Below, in pieces: positions 1 through 12,956 of a DNA stretch of 64,000 bases (position 1 is the stretch's first letter; every line of letters begins with the position of its first letter). The position numbers were made by a program, and so were the translations under genes. This stretch comes from the human T2T-CHM13v2.0 reference genome, Homo sapiens: NCBI RefSeq assembly GCF_009914755.1, contig NC_060934.1; one strand, given 5' to 3'. The notes beneath the pieces are model-generated. The model did no database searches. It worked only from the letters and a program-made list of their open reading frames with translations, and had not been told where the DNA came from.

Positions 1-1150
1 AAGTGCGATAAAGCAGAATACGTTGTTCAAGAAGATTAAACAGGTGTTAAATTTTTCATATTTGTAATTAAGACATTAATCAAAACAAGGAATTCAACAA
101 CAGGAGATGTCCATGGTAATAAAGATCTGGCAATGAACCCTAAGATCTATTAGGTTTAAATAATTGTTACAACTGTGATTACAAATCAAAATGAAAATGA
201 AAACTAAAATTTATTGGAAGAGAAGATAAAATGTGAAAAATATAATAATAATAAGTAGAAGTTTTAAATATCAGATTATACCATAAAAGCATGAGTGTAA
301 TATTATGGAATGGGGGAATGAAAAGAAGAAAAATTATTTATCTTACGTGGCAAGGAGTAAGAGGCTATTTCACTCTATACATTAACCATTGGCAAAATAT
401 GGTTGAACAATAGTTTTAAATACTTGAGAGGCAGCATGGGTAGACATTCCAATTTAATAAAGAAAAGTATAAAATAAAAAATTTAAATATCTATTACAGA
501 TAGACAAAAAAGACTGCAAAAAGCATTTTTTAAAAAACAGAAAGGCCAAAACATATTAGTTATTACAATCAAAATGTGTGGTACACATTATATATAGTAT
601 TAACTATATGCAATAATATATAATAAATAAATATATAAAATTATACACTGTTTATAAGAAATATACCCTAAACCAAGTGACAAAATAAGGTTAAAAGTAA
701 AAGAATAAACCAGAATATGCCAGGCAAAAATCAAGTGAGGCTCACACCTGTAATCCCACTGCTTTGGGAGGCCGAGGTGGCAGGATCACTTGAGGCCAGG
801 AGTTTGAAACCAGCCAGGGCAATATAGTGAGACACCATCTCTACCAAACTGTAAAAAGCAAGCTAAGGAGTGATGCCAAGTTAAAGGCAATGGTATCCAA
901 GCAAGTGAAATTCAAGGCAAAAGACATTAAATAAGGCAACACAGGAGGTTTCACATTGATGGAGATAATCCAAAGTGAGTATCTAAAAGTCAATGACTTT
1001 TAGGCACAAAGGAAGCCTCACAACACAAAACATCAAATTGTCAAAAATAAGAGGAGACAAGTGACAGAAACCCAGTAGCAGTAGAGGAGTTTACTGAAGT
1101 ACTATTGCTCTCTCATATATTAAGTTGTCCAAAACTAAACATAATTATGG
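1..1150 (+). mobile_element. Ancient degenerate L1 (L1M/L1ME-type) remnant, ORF2 5' region
   Basis: Very A-rich + strand. 'aaaataaggttaaaagtaaaagaataaaccagaatatgccaggcaaa' and 'aagtgaaattcaaggcaaaagacatt' resemble the L1 endonuclease-region consensus. Interrupted by an Alu monomer. Confidence 0.55.
735..857 (+). mobile_element. Alu left monomer (FLAM_C/AluJ-like)
   Basis: ggctcacacctgtaatccc...ggatcacttgaggccaggagtttgaaaccagcc...gagacaccatctctac; no right arm follows. Confidence 0.9.
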
Positions 1151-1261
1151 GTGATTAGAAGGCTGGAATTTCTGCGTTAACTGGTCAACTGGAGAGAACT
1201 GGTAGAAAGCTCAACCCTCTGGTTTTGGAGGTTGGAAACTGAGACGGGATGATGAGTCAGT

Positions 1262-1420
1262 ACAGCACAGACTAGTGTGGTCCCTGGGCTTTACCTCAAA
1301 TGGAAACTTATTAAAAACACACATTCTCAGACCTATCGCAGACCTGACCGAAATCAGAAACTCTGGAGTGGGGCCAAGCCCTCCAGGTTGTTCTAATGCA
1401 GGCTCAAGGCTAAGACCCAC
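1262..1420. mobile_element. MER5A-like hAT-Charlie MITE
   Basis: aaacacacattctcagacc...gaaatcagaaactctggagtggggcc...ccctccaggttgttctaatgca matches the MER5A core. Confidence 0.75.
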
Positions 1421-1430
1421 CAAGGCAACA

Positions 1431-1660
1431 ATTAAGCCCATAGGCTCTGGAGGGCCAGGGCCAAATCCTGCCCCATTTCAGCATTGTTGGGTGACATCAA
1501 ACAAGTTGCTTAACCTCTCTATGCCTCCATTATCATCATCCATAAACTGAGAAGAAGAAGAATAGTGCCTCCTCTTGGCATGGCCCTGAGGACAAGATGA
1601 GATCATGTGGACACAGGCTCACAGTGCCTGCACGGTGTGAGCACTCATTGATGGCTTGCT
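1431..1660 (+). mobile_element. MIR SINE
   Basis: Core 'caagttgcttaacctctctatgcctc' and 3' end 'cacagtgcctgcacggtgtgagcactca'. Confidence 0.8.
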
Positions 1661-3029
1661 TTGGTTCAGGAATGCTTGGCAGAGCTGTGCCTCCAGCCCC
1701 ACTGCTCTCCTGCCTCCCAACACCCAGAGGTGTTGAGGGTGAACTCCTCTGCACCCAATCCTCTGTGCATGTGCCTGAGGAGGATGGACTGTCCCCTGAC
1801 AATGGATGGATGCCACCTCATGGCTGATCACTGCTGCATGAGGCAGTGTCATAAACCCCTCCTTGATGCTCTCTGGCTGGAGCGGCCAGTTGAGTGACTC
1901 ATGGAGCTTGTCATCTCAGGGCCTCCTTCCCTGATGCACACGGCCCTCTATCCCTGCCCCCCAGCCTGATTCCTCCTCCCCCTGGCAAGACTGCAGAGCT
2001 GAGCAGAGGCTGACCCGATCTGGGCCCCTCGTCTCTGCAGAAGAGAGAAAGCCAGCATGCAGCGGACTCCTGGGCAAGTTCCAGGATGCTGTCCTCAAGT
2101 ACCACGTGGCCACTGCTACCCATGGTGGGGTGGGAGCAGGGGCAGGCAGAGGCCTTGGGCCACAGAACAAATTCTCTCTGTCTGTGAGCAGACCAGGGTC
2201 AGGTGTGTCCTAGTTAAATCAAAATGTCCTGTGGGGCAGGAAACAGTTTTTCCACTCATAAAGATGCAGTTCAAATTTGAGATGTGTCAGGGATTTCACT
2301 CTGGCTGACTGTGTGTCATCATGATTAGATCATACACTCGAGCATTTTAGAGCTGTAAGTCCCTATGGAAATCACCCTGTGTATCCCCCTCCTCTGCCAG
2401 GTGAGACCCATGAAGGACAGAGAGGCCCTAAGGCAGCCCCAAGGTCACACAACATAAAAATCTAACAGCAAGAATGGAAAAGAAACTGCCTTCTACCACA
2501 TTGGGTTGCCATGAAACCTAACAGCTGGGGGCGCCTGGGAAGAGAGAAAAAGTCACGAAGTTTCTTCCTGACACTCCCACTGACAATCGTGATTCTGACA
2601 CCAGAAATGCCTTTTCTTCATAGCATTTCCCTTACATGGAGAAATACACCTCTTGTCTTGCTTCATTCACAGTTAAATATGCTTAGGAAGACGAGGAGAC
2701 GGAGGCCCGTACTCTTGAGCCACCCACCTCTGAATCCACCTGCCTCTGGATCCACCAAAATACCTGCCCTTCCTATTTGCCCGAATGCTCTCATGTTTCA
2801 GAGCCCTCTCCTCCAGGAAGCCCTCCCTGCAAACTTCATCTTACCATCCCCTTTTCCATCCTGGATACTCTAGAGAAATCAGAGCTCAGATTGAAGCTGA
2901 GTCCTCAGACTTTCAGTTGCGTCTGATTTGGAAGGAGAAAGAAGAACCCCCACATCTCTGGCACCCCCATGGACACCAAGAGAAGAACTTCAGTCCATCT
3001 GACAGCAAAGCCTGAACTCTTTCTTCACT

Positions 3030-3200
3030 GAGTTCAAATTTGCCTCTACCACTCACCCACCCTTTGTCATCAGGCAAGCCACTTACAACTCTCCGAGCCT
3101 CAATTTTCCCACCTGGAAAAGGGCAATAATAATAATACCTTCCTCCTAGGTTGGTGTGAGGATTAAATAAGATTACATGTGCAAAAGCTCCAAGCACCCA
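3030..3200 (+). mobile_element. MIR SINE
   Basis: gagttcaaatt...ggcaagccactt...gagcctcaattttcccacctggaaaagggc...ggttggtgtgaggattaaataaga. Confidence 0.85.
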
Positions 3201-3329
3201 CAATAGATACCGAACTGGAAGTCACTATAATAAAACTGATAATGACAACGATAGTGATGGTGATAAATATCATTAGTGTATAATCCATACTTGGACCAAT
3301 TTGGGTTTTTTGTTCAAGACCGCTCGGTG

Positions 3330-3468
3330 AGCTGAGTGTGGCGGCACATGCCTGTAATCCTAGCTGCTTGAGAGGCTGAAGCTGGAGGACCGCTTGAGCC
3401 CAGGAGTTTGAGACAAGCCTAGGCAACATAGCTAGATCCTCTCTTCTAAAAGAAAAACAAAACAAAAC
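3330..3468 (+). mobile_element. FLAM_A-like Alu monomer with 15-bp TSD
   Basis: gcctgtaatcctagctgcttgagaggctga...gagcccaggagtttgagac; A-rich tail; TSD at 3315-3329 and 3469-3483 (differences only at CpG positions). Confidence 0.9.
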
Positions 3469-4944
3469 CAAGACCACTTGGCAACTCTATCAAAGAAAGG
3501 TAAACAGGTAAGAGCTTTTTGGGTTAAAATGTTGCAGGGATCTGAACTCCCACCCCTCTAGGCCAGGGAAGGAGAATGGGAGTGGTAAGAGACTTCCTAG
3601 TTTAAAAATATAACAATAAAATCCATCTTCCAAATAAAAACTGACCTAGTACACATTTTGGATTTTTTTTCTTTCTTCCAAAGCTCTGAGAGTTAGTTGA
3701 ATCCTTTAAAAAGACAGCATGCTCACCTCTTTCTCCCTAGCACCAATGATTTGGAGAGACAGATCACTTCACTTCTGACATTCTAGATACATCTATATGT
3801 TGGGATTCTCCGTCCACCCAGCTAGGGCATTCTATGAAGCCAAGAATTTAGTTCTAAGCTCCCAAAGGAAGCTCTATTTCAAAAAGCCGGGTGGCTTTAT
3901 TTCAAATTGAAGAGGCCATTAAATTCACAATATTTTGCCAAATGAATTTCTCAGTGATCCTGAGCAATCCTCTGAAGTCAGCTGTCCTTGTGCAGTCATG
4001 GGCCCAGCACAGAGCAGGCGTACATACTAAGCACCTGTTCCAGCAGGTAGAGACAGTGTAGTGACTGGGACAAGCCTCTGCCCTCATGGATCCAGCACTC
4101 CTTAAACAATTTCTGAAGAAACTCAGGGGAGCCAGTGACTGGTACATTCTCTGTTTGAGCTGCCACAAGTGCTGCGGGATTTTTCAGTGCTGGAAGGGGT
4201 CCCCACCATATTAGCAACAAGGTATCAAGTGTCAAACACTGTGCGACATCTTACCTAAGTTTTCACTGGGCATTTTCTGTTTAGTAAGTCAGGCACTGAG
4301 GGAGGGAACATGTGACATGTCCAATGTTCAGCTTGGCAAACAGTGAAGAGGGGGTCCAATGGGGGGCAGGGCGCAGGTGGCTGGGATATGGTGCTGGAGG
4401 GTCTCTCCACATAGGGATACAATTGGGTAGCATCTCCATCAGCTGACGTGTTCCCAATTGTCCTTTCTTGGTTATCTGCCTGCCTGGCAAGAATGTGTTT
4501 CTTACACTGCCGCCATGAGCTTACACTTCACTCACTATACAATTTATTCCACTCACTTTTCACAGTGATAGCAGGTTGCCCATATGGCTTTATCTCTTCT
4601 GGAAAGGGAGAGTGAGCATGTCCCTTGCCCCATCACCCTCCAGATATGGTGTCTGTGCAGCTGGCAGGATTGGAACCCAGTTCTGTTTCACTGCTCTTCA
4701 AGTGTAACCTTCATCATAGTCTACACCCTGCAGAGGAGAAGCCATGGAGTGGGAAGGCAGTGATGGGGAACCGAGCAACCGAGAGGGGTGCCAGACTAGC
4801 CCAGATCCTTGCAAACTTTCCCATGACAGCCCTGAAGGCAGAAAAGAAGAAACTTTTACCTCCTACCTCAGGGAGTCTGGATTAGAATTTGAAGCAAGCC
4901 TTCCACAAGCAGACAGTTTCTTTATATATATTTTAAATTTTATC

Positions 4945-5122
4945 TTTTTATTTTTGTTATATTTTTAGAGACAGGGTCTCACTCTGTTGCCCATGCTGGA
5001 CTGCAGTAGTGCAATCATAGCTCATTGCACTATGATGCAATGAACTCCTGGGCTCAAGCAATTCTCCTGCCTCAGCCTCCCAAATCACTAGGTATTACAG
5101 GCATGAGTCACCATGTCCAGCC
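4945..5122 (-). mobile_element. FRAM-like Alu right monomer
   Basis: T-rich tail, then agagacagggtctcactctgttgccc...aactcctgggctcaagcaattctcctgcctcagcctccc. Confidence 0.9.
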
Positions 5123-5664
5123 AGGAAGCTTCTTTAAATTGTTGCATTTTATCTTTTAAAATATGTATGCATATTTTATTCCTCCTCATGACAAATGTGA
5201 TTGAATACAAAATAATATTCATTCCCAAACCTTCAAGAAGAACTGGTTCTCCAGGAAAATGTGCCATGATTATACTGCAGCTTCTAGCATTCCCTGTGAG
5301 GCTCTGGGCTGTGCACCTCTAATGCTGGAAAGTCCAAATCCAGGAGACTCGGGTCTCCTGAGATTCCTTGGCCATCTGTTCATTCATGCCATCCACTCAC
5401 TGATTCAGGGCCCAGAGGAGCACCAGGGTTAACGGCTGGCGGCTGAGTCAGCAGCTCTCAAGGCAATCACCTTTTCCACCTACTCATGAATCACTAACCT
5501 GCTGCCCCCTTGCTACGTGCCTGGAAATGCATAAATGTGCTTAAAATAAGTGGTACCTGGGTAGCAAGTTTCTCACCAGCAGGAACCAGTCCAAGTGAGT
5601 ACAGGGCAAATAGCAGTGCGGGGTGAAAATAAAGACTGACTACCACTGGCAACCCTTGGTCACT

Positions 5665-6380
5665 CTTCATTTATTCATCCAACATTGCTGAATATTTGCC
5701 CTGTGCAAGGCTCCATGCCCTGGCAATGGGGGGCACTTGAAGGCAAATAAGAGCTTTACAAGGCTCTAGGAGATGTCACTAGTATTCCAAAAACCCTAAC
5801 AGAAGATACAAAAGATTAGTGCCATTAGAGAGGAAATGGGGTAGAAGCTTTGGTTGGGGGGAAGCTCATTAGTTAGAGGAGAGAGATGTTACTTCTAACT
5901 TAGAACATCAAAAACAGAAGCTTCCTGGCTTTAGCCCCAGGCCATGAAGAATGAGTGGAATTTCAGGATACACAGACAAGAAAGCAGAAAAGATAAAATG
6001 AACTCCCACATAAGGCAGGAGATAGGGGTGACTAGTTATGTGGGTTGCAGCCCAGGAACACAGGGAGGAATGATGGAGATCTTTGAGCACCAAGAAGAGA
6101 AGTTTGGACTTTTTGTTTTCCTTTGGTTAATGAGGAGCCATGAAAGAGTATTTGTGGAGGAAAGTGAAGTAATTAGCTAACATTTAGAAAGTTTAAGTGG
6201 GTAGTAAGATGTATGACTAATCAGAAATGACAGAGTCACGAGACCAGCTGGAAGAGTACTGCAAGAGTCCAAGCAAGCAGCAATGGAAGCCTGAACTAGA
6301 AAAGAGACAGCAGCAGTGGAGAAGAGTTGAGCCACGAGGATTTGGCAACTGACTAGAGAAGGCACCAGGAGAAGCAAGTC
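5665..6380 (-). mobile_element. L2 LINE 3' region
   Basis: Begins ttcatttattcatccaaca (reverse of the L2 3' tail); later 'gagccatgaaagagtatttgtggaggaaagtga', typical of antisense L2. Confidence 0.65.
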
Positions 6381-6480
6381 CCTGAAAACCATGCTGCTTG
6401 GGAAAGACCAACTCTTTCTCTCATTTCCTCTTAGGGAATTGTAAAAGGAATTCCCTATCACCATTTAAATTTGGTTAAAT

Positions 6481-6517
6481 TCACCAAAGAGTGATGGGGT
6501 GAATCACTCTTTGGTGA
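6481..6517. repeat. Perfect 15-bp inverted repeat with a 7-nt spacer
   Basis: tcaccaaagagtgat-ggggtga-atcactctttggtga. Confidence 0.95.
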
Positions 6518-6845
6518 CTAACCCCTCTGGCTCTTGTGTAGAGCTAATTAGAGTTTCTTCTGGAAGATCTGAAACCACCAACAGTGAGACTCCTCAGATG
6601 ACCCTGATGGGCAGGTCCATGATTCAATCTGTTTCTTCCAGCATCTCCCCACTGGCTGCAGCACATCTAGGGGTTCAACCTAAGGGAGCCCCCCTACTCT
6701 GGGTATGGTTAGAGCTCCTTTCAAGATCATTCTAATATCAAAAGAGGGAATCTTCAAGGAGCCTTGTTGGCTTCTTATACTTAGAGAGAAACCAAGAACA
6801 CAGTCAGAGTTGATGTTTTTAAATACCAAATCTGTATGCATCTAT

Positions 6846-7172
6846 CAGAGAGACAGAGAGAGAAAGAGAGAGAGAGAGTTAGAGAGAGACAGAGTTTTGA
6901 AACATGGAGAGAGGGAAAGAGAGATGTTCCTAGAGAGAGAGAGAGAGAGAGAGAGAGTGTGTGTGTGTGTGTGTGTGTGTGTTAGAGAGGGAGAGAGACA
7001 GAGAGGGAGAGAGAGAGAGAGAGAGAGAGCTTTGAAATATGAAGAGAGAGAGGGAAAGAGAGATGTTCCGAGAGAGAGAGAGAGAGAGTGTGTGTGTGTG
7101 TGTTTGTTAGAGAGGGAGAGAGAGAGAGAGAGAGAGCTTTGAAATATGAAGAAAGAGAGAGAAAGATGTTCC

Positions 7173-7236
<64 letters not shown>

Positions 7237-7295
7237 GAGAGGGAGAGAGAGAGAGCTTTGAAATATGAAGAGAGAGAGTAAAAGACAGATGTTCC
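6846..7295. repeat. Compound (GA)n/(GT)n microsatellite in ~107-135-bp higher-order units
   Basis: Anchor tttgaaa(c/t)atg...gatgttcc recurs at 6896, 7031, 7138 and 7257, with (GA)n and (GT)n tracts between. Confidence 0.95.
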
Positions 7296-8099
7296 TATGA
7301 AGCCCTCAGCTCCTAACCCTCTCTCTGGCTCAGTGTTTGAAGCCCCTCCAGCCGCCCATGGCAAAACTTCCTTCCAGAGGAGCAGGCCATGCATCCCAGA
7401 CCCATGTGTATGCTGTCCCCTAAGAATGAGAGCAGTGCTCTGTTTCCCAAATGGGCAGGGGAAGCAAACTTTTGTTTCCATAGTCTATAAAACATTTTTA
7501 AATTTAAAAACAAATGCTTTGCAGCCTCTGAATTATTAGTTTTTTATTAAAAATACAAACAGCTCTATGGAACACCATGGGAAAATGAGGACTCTTGCAA
7601 CTTCGTTTGGCTCCCTGTTAAACAGAATAATGTTCATGAGGAAGAAGGTACTGTTTGTTCCTTAAAATGTTGTATTGCGTACAATGGAGAAGAGCAACGT
7701 GGAGATGACTTTCCAATGTGTTCCCTTGAAATGACCTGAGGACCGAATCAGGAAGCTCAGTCTGACCAGCTCAGCAGACTACCCCCACTGCCCCATCCCA
7801 GAGCTGAACTTGCAGTCAGCCCTGATAAAAATCTCTGGACTAGAACCAGAGCACCAATATCAAGGGATTATCCATGAACTGACTGTTCTTTCCTGCAGGC
7901 AGGCTCCACGCTCCTGGGTGGCCAGAGTGCCAATCAGCCCTGTCCCAGTGCTCTAACGAGGTGCCCATTCACTGCCCAAGAGACAACATGCCCAAGCTAT
8001 GACCCAGCTCCAAGATCTGAAGGGACCAGACTGCCTTCCTGTTTTTCTCTGCATCCCCTGAGCTCCCTCTTGAAAAGGGAAGGAAAGCTAACAGAAAAG

Positions 8100-8520
8100 C
8101 CACTTTCTCACACACTTTTGGTGAGATTTCATGAAAGCTGCATGACCTTTCTGGAAAGCAACTTGGCAATGTATAGAGAATCTTAAAAAACATGTGCATC
8201 CTTTGGCCCAGCAATTCTGCTTCTAGGAATCTGTCCTAAAGAAACAAGTCTGTGATGTAAATAAAAATGGACATATTCAGTTCTTGACTGCAGTGCAACC
8301 TGAAACACTGAAAAACTGAAAATAACTCAGAGGACCAACAATAGGGAGATGGTTAAGTAAACTGCAGTGTATCTACTTGGGAAACTAATATGCATCATTT
8401 AAAAGCATAGCTTCAAAGAATTATTGATAAAACAGGAAGATATTTATGTATGCATCTAAATGCATAGAGAAAAGAGTGACATAAAACATTCAAATATGAA
8501 CAGCAATCATCTCTAGGATT
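8100..8520 (+). mobile_element. L1ME-type 3' end
   Basis: ctttctggaaagcaacttggcaat...cctttggcccagcaattctgcttctaggaatctgtcctaaaga. Confidence 0.8.
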
Positions 8521-8536
8521 TAACTGCTGCTTTCAT

Positions 8537-8846
8537 TTTTATTTGATTTTATTTTGAGACAGGGTATCACTGTATCACCCAGCCGGCAATGCAGTGGCAC
8601 GATCTCAGCTCACTGAACCGCAACCCCCTGGGCTCAAGCAATCCTCCCACCTCAACCTCCTAAGTAGCTGGGACTACAGATACGCATCACCATGCCTGGC
8701 TATTTTTTTTTTTTTTTTGTAATTTTTGTAGAGATGGGGTTTCATCATGTTACCCAGGGTGGTTTCAAACTCCTAGGCTCAAGCAGTCTGCCTGCCTCGG
8801 CCTCCCAAAGTTCCAGGATTAGAGGCGCGAGTCCCCCCACTCAGCC
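8537..8846 (-). mobile_element. AluJ (full length)
   Basis: Two-arm Alu in reverse; J-type 'ctgggctcaagcaatcctcccacctca' and 'ctaggctcaagcagtctgcc'. Confidence 0.93.
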
Positions 8847-8861
8847 TGCTTTGACTTTTAT

Positions 8862-10050
<1,189 letters not shown>

Positions 10051-10251
10051 TATGCATTTTTATGCTTTTATGTATTTTCAGAATCTCCTTCGGGAAGCAT
10101 GTGGTATGTTTATAATAAGAAAAACAAAAATTAACGTTATATTTTAAAACTGTGCTAGGGAATGGCTCACTGGATGTTATCCACTTTACTCCTCAATGCT
10201 GCTGGGCTAACAGTCCTCCTCCCACCCTCAGCAAGGCACAGCTAAATTCTG

Positions 10252-10654
10252 GGGATCATTAGTTGTCAAACACCAACTCTATGGCAAGTGGAGTGCAAGA
10301 CCCTACAACCTTATGGGGCTGATATCATAACCCAATTAGCACAATCCCACTGCTGCTGCTTGGAGGCCTGGTTCTCCTTCCATGAGTGTTGCTCCTTTCT
10401 CCCCACTCCTACCCCCCACTTCAAGCTCCAAGCGATGACAGGAGTATAGAAAGGAAAGAAAAGAGATTTGGGGATTCACACAGTCCTGGGGTACAATCGC
10501 AGCTCCACAGTTGCTCAGTGATAAGATAAGCAATGTCACCTTCCTGGACCTCAGATTGCTCATCTGCTAATTGGGTGATGGTATCAGGTTCATAAGTTTG
10601 TAGGGTCTTGCACTCCACTTGCCATAGAGTCAGTGTTTGACAAATAAGGATCCC
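10252..10654. repeat. 90-bp inverted repeat (arms 10252-10341 and 10565-10654)
   Basis: Arms align ungapped as reverse complements, 80/90 identical, with a 33-bp perfect core. Confidence 0.95.
10468..10610 (+). mobile_element. Degenerate MIR running into the right arm of the inverted repeat
   Basis: cagtcctggggtacaatcgcagctccac...cctcagattgctcatctgctaattgggtgat resembles MIR cctgggttcgaatcccggctc...cctcagtttcctcatctgtaaaatggggat. Confidence 0.7.
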
Positions 10655-10964
10655 TATTCATTTCTGGAATTGTGCATAGCTTCTGCCACAGGAAGAAATA
10701 CAGCATACCTACTAGTAAATACCACTTAATTGACTGATTGAAAGAAACCCGTCACTGTGAGGATCCCAATTCAATTATTTATGTCCTCTCCTGGAAGCCT
10801 CTATGGAGTGCAGGTTTCTCAAACATAGTCCTGTTCTCTTCTCCTCAAACAAAGGATCTCAGGATCAAATAAGCCTGGGAAGCACAAAGATTGTTATCTT
10901 CAAAAACAGCAAAAGAATAATAATTAACATATGAAAGGTCTGTAACCAAGAAACCTATGTTTCT

Positions 10965-11344
<380 letters not shown>

Positions 11345-11442
11345 TCATCCGACCTGAAACCTGGAAGTCTGGTTCCTCAAGGACATCGAGCCTTGAATTT
11401 CCACATGCAAACACCTGTGAGTATGTTGGGGCTGCTGCAGAT

Positions 11443-11625
11443 CAGCAGTCTCAAAATTCATAGAGCATGAGAATCACCAGGAAGGCTTGTTAAACCAGCG
11501 TCCTGGGCCCCAGCCTCAGTTTCTGATTCAGCAGCTCTGGGCTGGGACCCAAGAATGTGCATTTCTAACAAATTCCCAGGTGATGCTGATGCTGTTGACC
11601 CAGGGACCCCATTTTGAGAACCACT
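11443..11625. mobile_element. MER5A hAT-Charlie MITE (near full length)
   Basis: agaatcaccaggaaggcttgttaaa...tttctgattcagcagctctgggctggg...tgcatttctaacaaattcccaggtgatgctgatgct...ttttgagaaccactg. Confidence 0.9.
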
Positions 11626-11777
11626 GATGCAGACAGTCAAAAACCCCTCACATACAAGTTTAATACAGGACCATACAGGAAATCTGTCTACTTTCTGCAA
11701 TGCCAAAGAAATCAAGTATAATTCAGAACTTGAAACATCCATTCTCTTCTGGGACAAGTTCTTAAAGGAAGCATTTC

Positions 11778-12025
11778 ATAGTAGTTAAGAAAATGGACTC
11801 TGGAGTCAGAAAAGAGCACGTTTGCAAGTCCCAGATCTCCCAGTGCCTGGCTGTGTGAACACAGCAAGTTATTAAAACTTCCCAAGCCACAGCCTCTTTA
11901 TCTCTAAGGGAGAGAAAATCATGGCAATGCCTAGTTCATAGAATTTCTGTGATGCAGAAATAAAGCAAGCAGGATGCTTGGGGAATGCCTGGCATCTAGT
12001 AAGTGCTCAATAAAGATTGGTTATT
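11778..12025 (+). mobile_element. MIR (near full length)
   Basis: tagtagttaagaaaatggactctggagtcaga ... tgcctggcatctagtaagtgctcaataaa. Confidence 0.85.
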
Positions 12026-12108
12026 CTTTTTAATGACTGTTATTTAATCATCTTATCTGGTAAATAGCTCATCTGCGTACTGTCAGCTGACCTCAGGATG
12101 TGACTATA

Positions 12109-12956
12109 CAGTCGTCCCTGTCATGGGCGAATGCAGGCTGATGGCACAGGGGTAAAAGAATTTACCAAGAAAATCATAGGTCAAGAAAGGCAGATTTATT
12201 AGAGAAAGTGGGGAAATATGTTGCCTGAGAGACAATGGGCAAGTTAGCCTGAGAGAAGCTAACTTCCAGAAGACAAAAGCTTGCTGCAGATTTTAGAGAA
12301 TGGAACTTGGGCTGATTGATAATGCCAAGGCAGCAGGGAGCTTAACTTGCATTCCTCTGTCAGCCTGGATGTTTGATAAATTGAGGTGTTTGATGGTGAG
12401 CAGGAAGCCCGGGAGTTATGTATGTTATCCGGGCATGAAGGCCAAATGTCTTGGGTCATATATCCTGGGCCATATGCCCTGGGCCACAAAGAAAGGCAGA
12501 CCTGTAACTTATCTGGTTTCTCTTTTGTTTAAATTCTCTGGACGTGAAGAAAGGCAGATTTATAGCTTATCTGCTTTATCTCTTGCTTTCCCCTGGTCCC
12601 ACCAGCCTGACTCCTTTTCCCTAATTAGGACTCCACAGTCCCCCCTTATCCATAGTTTCACTTTTCATTTTTTCAGTTACCCACAGTACAGTACAATGAG
12701 GAATTTTTGTGCTCTGTAATGAGACAGAGCACAGTCACATGACTTTTATTACAGTATATTGTTATAATTGCACAATTTTATTATTCATTACTGTTGCTCA
12801 TCTGTCACTGTACCTAATTTATAAATTAAACTTTATTGCAGATATGCCTGTGTAGGAGAAAACACAGTATATACAGGTATCGGTACTATCCATCTGCAGT
12901 TCCAGGCATCCACTGGGGTCTTGGAATGTAACCCCTAAAGATAAGGGCATCTACTG
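12109..12956. mobile_element. MER44A (Tigger-family MITE) with TA TSD, interrupted by an LTR
   Basis: Termini cagtcgtcc(c)cccttatcc ... gataagggcatctactg, flanked by TA at 12107-12108 and 12957-12958; internal 'cttttattacagtatattgttataattg' is typical of MER44. Confidence 0.9.
12119..12637 (-). mobile_element. Solo ERVL-class LTR (LTR47-like, tentative)
   Basis: TG...CA termini; 5-bp TSD gtccc (12114-12118 and 12638-12642); AATAAA on - strand at ~12194-12199. Confidence 0.85.

Noticed and set aside
6705-7481. ER-rich and LS-rich ORFs
   Set aside because: Translations of the (GA)n/(GT)n tracts.
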